A stretch of DNA of 64,000 nt from Clostridia bacterium (GTDB lineage Bacteria > Bacillota > Clostridia > Oscillospirales > CAG-272): the NCBI GenBank assembly GCA_017472285.1, contig JAFUQQ010000058.1, forward strand, positions 6,637-70,636, written 5' to 3'. Every line of letters begins with the position of its first letter. Positions within the stretch are counted from its first letter, which is position 1. Below, piece after piece: positions 59,896 through 64,000 of this stretch. The notes beneath the pieces were generated by a model. It was given only the letters and a program-made list of their open reading frames with translations. It was not told the origin of the DNA and did no database searches. The translations under genes were made by a program, and so were the position numbers.

Positions 59896-60348
59896 ATGAC
59901 ACGTGAGGAAATCATTGCCGAAGCGTATTCCCGTTTCGGCAAATATACAAAACCGCTCTCGGAAGCGGAATTTGAAATGCTGTGCGACAGCATGGATTTT
60001 GAAGAAAAGAAACGACACGCGCTTAAGGTTGCAAGTCATTTTTACAGGACTGTTGTTTATGATTACGGTGCAAATATTTGTGTTCTGAATGAACTGAATC
60101 CCGGAGATGAAACCTTGCATCGTTTTCTTTGTGAGAACATCGATGATACCATTCCTTTTCTGACTCCTGATGAAGCGAGAGAAGCCGACGCATTTTGTTT
60201 TGATGCATCTTCTTTCTTTGAATCGGATGCGGAAATTTCTTCGGAGATTGCGGAACACGGATGCAATTATTACGGCGAAACGGAAATGAAAAGCAGACCT
60301 TTTGCGCGGATGACACCAAGAGAAATTACTTGGGGTGATTTTGAATAG
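59896..60348 (+). CDS. hypothetical phage protein
   Basis: 150 aa. AAGGAGA SD. Confidence 0.55.
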   Translation: MTREEIIAEAYSRFGKYTKPLSEAEFEMLCDSMDFEEKKRHALKVASHFYRTVVYDYGANICVLNELNPGDETLHRFLCENIDDTIPFLTPDEAREADAFCFDASSFFESDAEISSEIAEHGCNYYGETEMKSRPFARMTPREITWGDFE

Positions 60349-60361
60349 AAAGGATTTTTAA

Positions 60362-61156
60362 ATGGCAAAAGCAGAACTTTATCACGATAATTTTCAAAAT
60401 TATAAGCGTTATAACATACCGAAAAAAGCACAGCTTGTGATTGCGGATATTCCATACAATATCGGTGTGGATGCTTATGCATCGAATCCGATGTGGTATA
60501 ACGGCGGCGACAACAAAAATGGCGAAAGCGGCAAGGCGAAATCGAATTTCTTTAATGGTGACGGTGATTTCAATATTGTGGAATTTATGCATTTCTGCAA
60601 TAAGCTTCTCGTCAAAGAACCGAAGGAACGGGGAAAAGCGCCTGCGATGATCGTTTTCTGTGCATTTGAACAGATCCCAACGGTAATGGAAACGGGAAAG
60701 AAATACGGATTTGAAAACAGTTATCCGATTTTCTTTATCAAAAATTATTCCGCGCAGGTCTTGAAAGCCAATATGAAGATCGTCGGCGCAACGGAATTTG
60801 CCGTTGTACTTTACAGGAACAAGTTACCGAAATTTAATAACGGCAGACAATATGACGAGAACGGTGACATCATCAAAGGCTCGGGGCATATGGTTTTCGA
60901 TTGGTTTGAATGGAGATGTGACGGAAAAGAATATCCGAAGATACATCCGACACAAAAGCCGATTGGTATTCTGAAACGTCTGATTGAAATCTTTACGGAT
61001 GAAGGCGATACCGTGATCGACCCTGTTGCCGGTTCGGGAAGTACCTTGCAGGCGGCTTTTGAACTTGGCAGAAATGCTTACGGTTTTGAAGTCAATACGA
61101 AATTTTATCATGCGGCAATGGCTAATATGCCTTGTTTTAAGGGGGAGAGTGCGTGA
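60362..61156 (+). CDS. DNA methyltransferase, beta-class (N6-adenine or N4-cytosine)
   Basis: Motif IV-like IADIPYN near the N-terminus and motif I DPVAGSGST near the C-terminus. Confidence 0.8.
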   Translation: MAKAELYHDNFQNYKRYNIPKKAQLVIADIPYNIGVDAYASNPMWYNGGDNKNGESGKAKSNFFNGDGDFNIVEFMHFCNKLLVKEPKERGKAPAMIVFCAFEQIPTVMETGKKYGFENSYPIFFIKNYSAQVLKANMKIVGATEFAVVLYRNKLPKFNNGRQYDENGDIIKGSGHMVFDWFEWRCDGKEYPKIHPTQKPIGILKRLIEIFTDEGDTVIDPVAGSGSTLQAAFELGRNAYGFEVNTKFYHAAMANMPCFKGESA

Positions 61157-62055
61157 AGATCGGTTTGATTGATGTGGATGGTCACCATTTTCCGAATCTT
61201 GCATTGATGAAAATTTCTGCTTGGCATAAATTAAATGGAGATGATGTAGAATGGTGTTTTCCATTCAATCATTATGATATTGTTTATCAGAGTAAGGTTT
61301 TTGATGAAACATATTCGGCTGATATTGATTGGGTCCCCAATGCAGATAAAATCGTTAAAGGCGGAACTGGTTACGGATTGACAGAAACGCTTCCCGATTA
61401 TATCGAACATATTTATCCCGATTATACACTTTATCCCAAACTTACAAAAGACACGGCTTACGGTTATTTGACAAGAGGGTGTCCGCGCGGATGTTCGTTC
61501 TGTATTGTTGCAGAAAAAGAGGGGAGACGTTCATATAAGGTTGCTGATCTTTCTGAATTTTGGAGAGGGCAAAAATATATAAAACTTCTCGACCCAAACT
61601 TGCTTGCCTGCAGAGATCATATGGAACTTTTGGAACAGCTTTGCACAAGTAAGAGTTACATAGATTTCACACAAGGTTTGGATATCCGTATGACCAATGA
61701 CGAAAACATCGATCTGATTAACCGTTTGAAAATAAAAGAAATTCATTTTGCTTGGGATAATCCAAAAGAAGATTTAAGTCTTTATTTTGAAGAATATCGT
61801 AAACTTGCTAAACATAAACCACATGGAACATTCGGTACGGTATACTGTTTGACAAACTTTGGCAGCACGATGCAAGAAAATTTATATCGCATTTACACTT
61901 TACGCGATATGGGATTTGACCCATATGTGATGATTTACGATAAGCCAACCGCACCGAAAGGAATTAAAGATTTACAGCGATGGGTAAATAACAAGATCAT
62001 TTTTCGATCTTGTAAAAAATTTGATGAATATCAAGAAAGGAGTCGGAAAAGATGA
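61153..62055 (+). CDS. radical SAM domain protein (phage-encoded)
   Basis: CPRGCSFC = CX3CX2C cluster after a Rossmann/B12-binding-like N-terminal segment. GTGA overlap with the methyltransferase stop. Confidence 0.65.
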   Translation: MKIGLIDVDGHHFPNLALMKISAWHKLNGDDVEWCFPFNHYDIVYQSKVFDETYSADIDWVPNADKIVKGGTGYGLTETLPDYIEHIYPDYTLYPKLTKDTAYGYLTRGCPRGCSFCIVAEKEGRRSYKVADLSEFWRGQKYIKLLDPNLLACRDHMELLEQLCTSKSYIDFTQGLDIRMTNDENIDLINRLKIKEIHFAWDNPKEDLSLYFEEYRKLAKHKPHGTFGTVYCLTNFGSTMQENLYRIYTLRDMGFDPYVMIYDKPTAPKGIKDLQRWVNNKIIFRSCKKFDEYQERSRKR

Positions 62056-62396
62056 ACAAAGAAGAAGCAAAAATTTTTTTACGGGATATATCCAGATATC
62101 CCGATGAAATTGACATTTTGGAAGATCAAATCAAAACACTGCCCTTTATGGACAGAGAGAACATTTCCAAACGTATTCAGCGGATGGAGGAAGATCTTAC
62201 TCTTGCTGAGCAGATCATTTCAAATATCGAAAATATTGATCTTCGTATTGTTCTGAGAAGAAGAAGCCTTTTCAATCAAACTTGGCAAAAGATCGGAGAG
62301 GAAATGTTTTTATCATATAAAACGGTGATAAACTATCACGATCAGGCAACGGAAATTTTCGCAGAGGAATGGAATCGTTTGAAAAAAGCAAAATAA
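62052..62396 (+). CDS. sigma-70 region-4-like / phage late-transcription regulator-like protein
   Basis: RIVLRRRSLFNQTWQKIGEEMFLSYKTVINYHDQA resembles a sigma region 4 HTH. ATGA overlap with the radical SAM gene. Confidence 0.35.
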   Translation: MNKEEAKIFLRDISRYPDEIDILEDQIKTLPFMDRENISKRIQRMEEDLTLAEQIISNIENIDLRIVLRRRSLFNQTWQKIGEEMFLSYKTVINYHDQATEIFAEEWNRLKKAK

Positions 62397-62419
62397 AAAT
62401 TAAGACAGGATGAAAGGAT

Positions 62420-62857
62420 ATGACAGAAAAAGAAAAATTGGTTGAAATTCTTTCCCGATATTTTCAGATCGGAGATAGTTATGCTTATAACTTAACGAGG
62501 GTCAAAGAAGTGTTTGCGATCGGAACAATGATCCTTGAAGATTTTGAAGAATTTGACGAGGTAACGGTCGCAGATATCGCAGACCATCTTCTCGCAAACG
62601 GCGTGATCGTGCCGCCGTGCAAGGTGGGGGATACGGTGTATATTGTTGACGGCACAACAGATGGCATTGTCGAGGGCAAGATTACACATTTTGAATTTAA
62701 CATATATACTACACCGAGAGAGTGGATAACAGTTAGAGGTAATTATCCTTTCTTCGGAGAGTTGGAAGTAAAAAACAGAATTGATCTACTGATCGGCAAA
62801 ACCCTATTTCTCACGCGAGGGGAAGCGGAAAAGGCGCTTGCGGAAAGGAGCAAATGA
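62420..62857 (+). CDS. hypothetical phage protein
   Basis: 145 aa. AGGA SD. Confidence 0.55.
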   Translation: MTEKEKLVEILSRYFQIGDSYAYNLTRVKEVFAIGTMILEDFEEFDEVTVADIADHLLANGVIVPPCKVGDTVYIVDGTTDGIVEGKITHFEFNIYTTPREWITVRGNYPFFGELEVKNRIDLLIGKTLFLTRGEAEKALAERSK

Positions 62858-62870
62858 AGGCGAAAGGAAG

Positions 62871-63047
62871 ATGAAAAGAATGGATAATCCTTGCAAGTAT
62901 TGTGATAAGACAAATATGGATTTTGTTAATGATTGCGAGTATGGGTGCGATAATCCCTGCCAACAGGCAAAAGATTTTTATAAACAAGTCGGCAATAAAA
63001 TCGATGAATTGCTTGACAAGTGCAAACGGTTATTGAGAAAGGAGTAA
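62871..63047 (+). CDS. small Cys-rich phage protein
   Basis: MKRMDNPCKYCDKT...CEYGCDNPC. GAAAGGAAG SD. Confidence 0.45.
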   Translation: MKRMDNPCKYCDKTNMDFVNDCEYGCDNPCQQAKDFYKQVGNKIDELLDKCKRLLRKE

Positions 63048-63050
63048 GGA

Positions 63051-63242
63051 ATGAAAAGCAGAATTTGCCCATATAGACAGCATTGCTGTGATTCGGGCGG
63101 TTGTGAAACTTGCGACTTTGGAAAGGCGTTTGAAAATCTTTCAAAAAAGATCAAAAAGTTAAAAGCAAAAAACGAAGCGTTGCAAGCGGAAAATGAAGAG
63201 CTTAAAACCAAAATCGACATTTTGGAAAATCCGAATTTTTGA
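63051..63242 (+). CDS. small Cys-rich + coiled-coil phage protein
   Basis: CPYRQHCCDSGGCETCDFG, then a KKLKAKNEALQAENEELKTKI heptads region. AGGAG SD. Confidence 0.5.
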   Translation: MKSRICPYRQHCCDSGGCETCDFGKAFENLSKKIKKLKAKNEALQAENEELKTKIDILENPNF

Positions 63243-63255
63243 AAGGGAAAAAACG

Positions 63256-63573
63256 ATGGATAAAAAAGAATACATAGAGCGCGGCGCGCTGATCGCGCAG
63301 ACCATGAAAAGCCGTGAGAATAGCCCGTACACCGCCGCGGAATCGGATTTGATTCACAGAGTCGAGCATAACAAGTTCATTTCGATGGTGGCGAATCAGC
63401 CTACCGCAGACGTTGCACCAAGAGCGGAGGTTATAGACAAATTCGCGAATAGGTTGAAAGAAGCGTTTGATGCATCGGTCAATAGAGGAGATGAATTGTT
63501 TCCGCTTTCCTATATTTGCGATTGCATCGACGAGATCAGAGACGAAATGGAGGAGGCAAAGGACGATGGCTGA
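63256..63573 (+). CDS. hypothetical phage protein
   Basis: 105 aa from MDKKEYIERG. Confidence 0.5.
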   Translation: MDKKEYIERGALIAQTMKSRENSPYTAAESDLIHRVEHNKFISMVANQPTADVAPRAEVIDKFANRLKEAFDASVNRGDELFPLSYICDCIDEIRDEMEEAKDDG

Positions 63574-63967
63574 TAAGAAATATATCGGACCGAGAAGATT
63601 ATTAAAGAAATACAGAATCAAAATTCGGTTAGAAGGAAGTGACGGTATGCGGCTGACTTTAGAACTTTGCACACGTAAAGATATGCTGGACATTATTCGG
63701 GCATTTCTTTCTGAGGAAGAACAGGAACAAGCAATTGAAAATATTTTGTCTCGGCGCAAAGCAGAAAAAGAAAAGGAGCTTTCCTCTTGGAAGGATGCAG
63801 AAGAATACAACCGGAAAAAATATGAGGATTTAAAACAACAAATGAGAAACGCCAGTCCTTCTGAAATTCGTACCATTCACGATGATATGGTGAGCGCACT
63901 CAAGGCTTGTGATTATGCAAAAATGCGTTATCAACGTCTTTTGAAGGAAATAGAAAACAAAAAGTGA
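63566..63967 (+). CDS. hypothetical phage protein
   Basis: ATGGCTGA overlap with the upstream stop. 133 aa, basic and coiled-coil-like. Confidence 0.5.
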   Translation: MADKKYIGPRRLLKKYRIKIRLEGSDGMRLTLELCTRKDMLDIIRAFLSEEEQEQAIENILSRRKAEKEKELSSWKDAEEYNRKKYEDLKQQMRNASPSEIRTIHDDMVSALKACDYAKMRYQRLLKEIENKK

Positions 63968-63979
63968 GGTAATTTATTA

Positions 63980-64000
63980 TGGCAAGTGCAAACAAAGTAA
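63980..64000 (+). CDS. 5' end of the next phage gene (truncated by the window)
   Basis: ATG at 63980 after GAGG. Only 7 codons are visible. Confidence 0.3.
   Translation, partial: WQVQTK

Larger units (their letters stand above)
45094..64000. mobile_element. temperate prophage (or phage-like integrative element) inserted next to tRNA-Ser. Lysogeny, early, replication and modification modules are present. The right end lies beyond the window.
   Basis: Integrase adjacent to the tRNA 3' end. CI/Cro divergent switch. DUF1351, DUF4373, methyltransferase and many small overlapping + strand ORFs. Confidence 0.85.

Overview
This window looks like a low-to-moderate GC Firmicutes (Clostridia-like) chromosome; the taxon is inferred from gene content and SD/promoter style, not from a search. 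About 85 coding regions can be supported.

The left 45 kb mixes core metabolism with several visibly more AT-rich accessory blocks.
- Core genes: purA, citrate synthase, an OadB-type Na+-decarboxylase subunit, a PerR-like regulator with reverse rubrerythrin, an SDR, an AcnX-type dehydratase pair, an OYE/enoate-reductase-like flavoprotein, an ADH-ALDH fusion and a DHDPS/NAL-family aldolase.
- Accessory block 1, about 9.3-17.3 kb. It is bounded by about 38-bp imperfect inverted repeats and holds a serine-recombinase remnant, a heterodimeric ABC exporter and a divergent operon. That operon encodes an XRE-domain protein plus two translationally coupled truncated MutS-like ATPases.
- Accessory block 2, 27.2-30.5 kb: tandem paralogues fusing an XRE HTH to an ADP-ribosylglycohydrolase domain.
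- Accessory block 3, 41.0-43.8 kb: an XRE regulator, an unannotated 52-aa Cys-rich ORF and a secreted ricin-lectin/CHAP protein.
- There are also several small XRE regulators, each divergent from a membrane or secreted protein gene.

A tRNA-Ser(GGA) sits at 45003-45093. A temperate prophage follows it and runs to the window end. It carries:
- a tyrosine integrase;
- four lysogeny-side cargo genes, including a clear DinD homologue;
- a CI/LexA-like repressor and Cro-like switch with 7-4-7 palindromic operators;
- early genes, including three tandem paralogues with an internal repeat;
- a second XerC/D-like recombinase module;
- a DUF4373 replication gene that looks frameshifted;
- a coupled DNA methyltransferase, radical-SAM and sigma-region-4-like block.

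A family of palindromic intergenic repeats sits at gene 3' ends at four or more loci. I saw no CRISPR array, rRNA or transposase.

My best candidates for an undescribed system are the XRE + MutS-like pair, the HTH-ARH tandem pair and the prophage cargo and early modules. None can be proven from sequence alone. All function calls rest on motifs recognised by eye.
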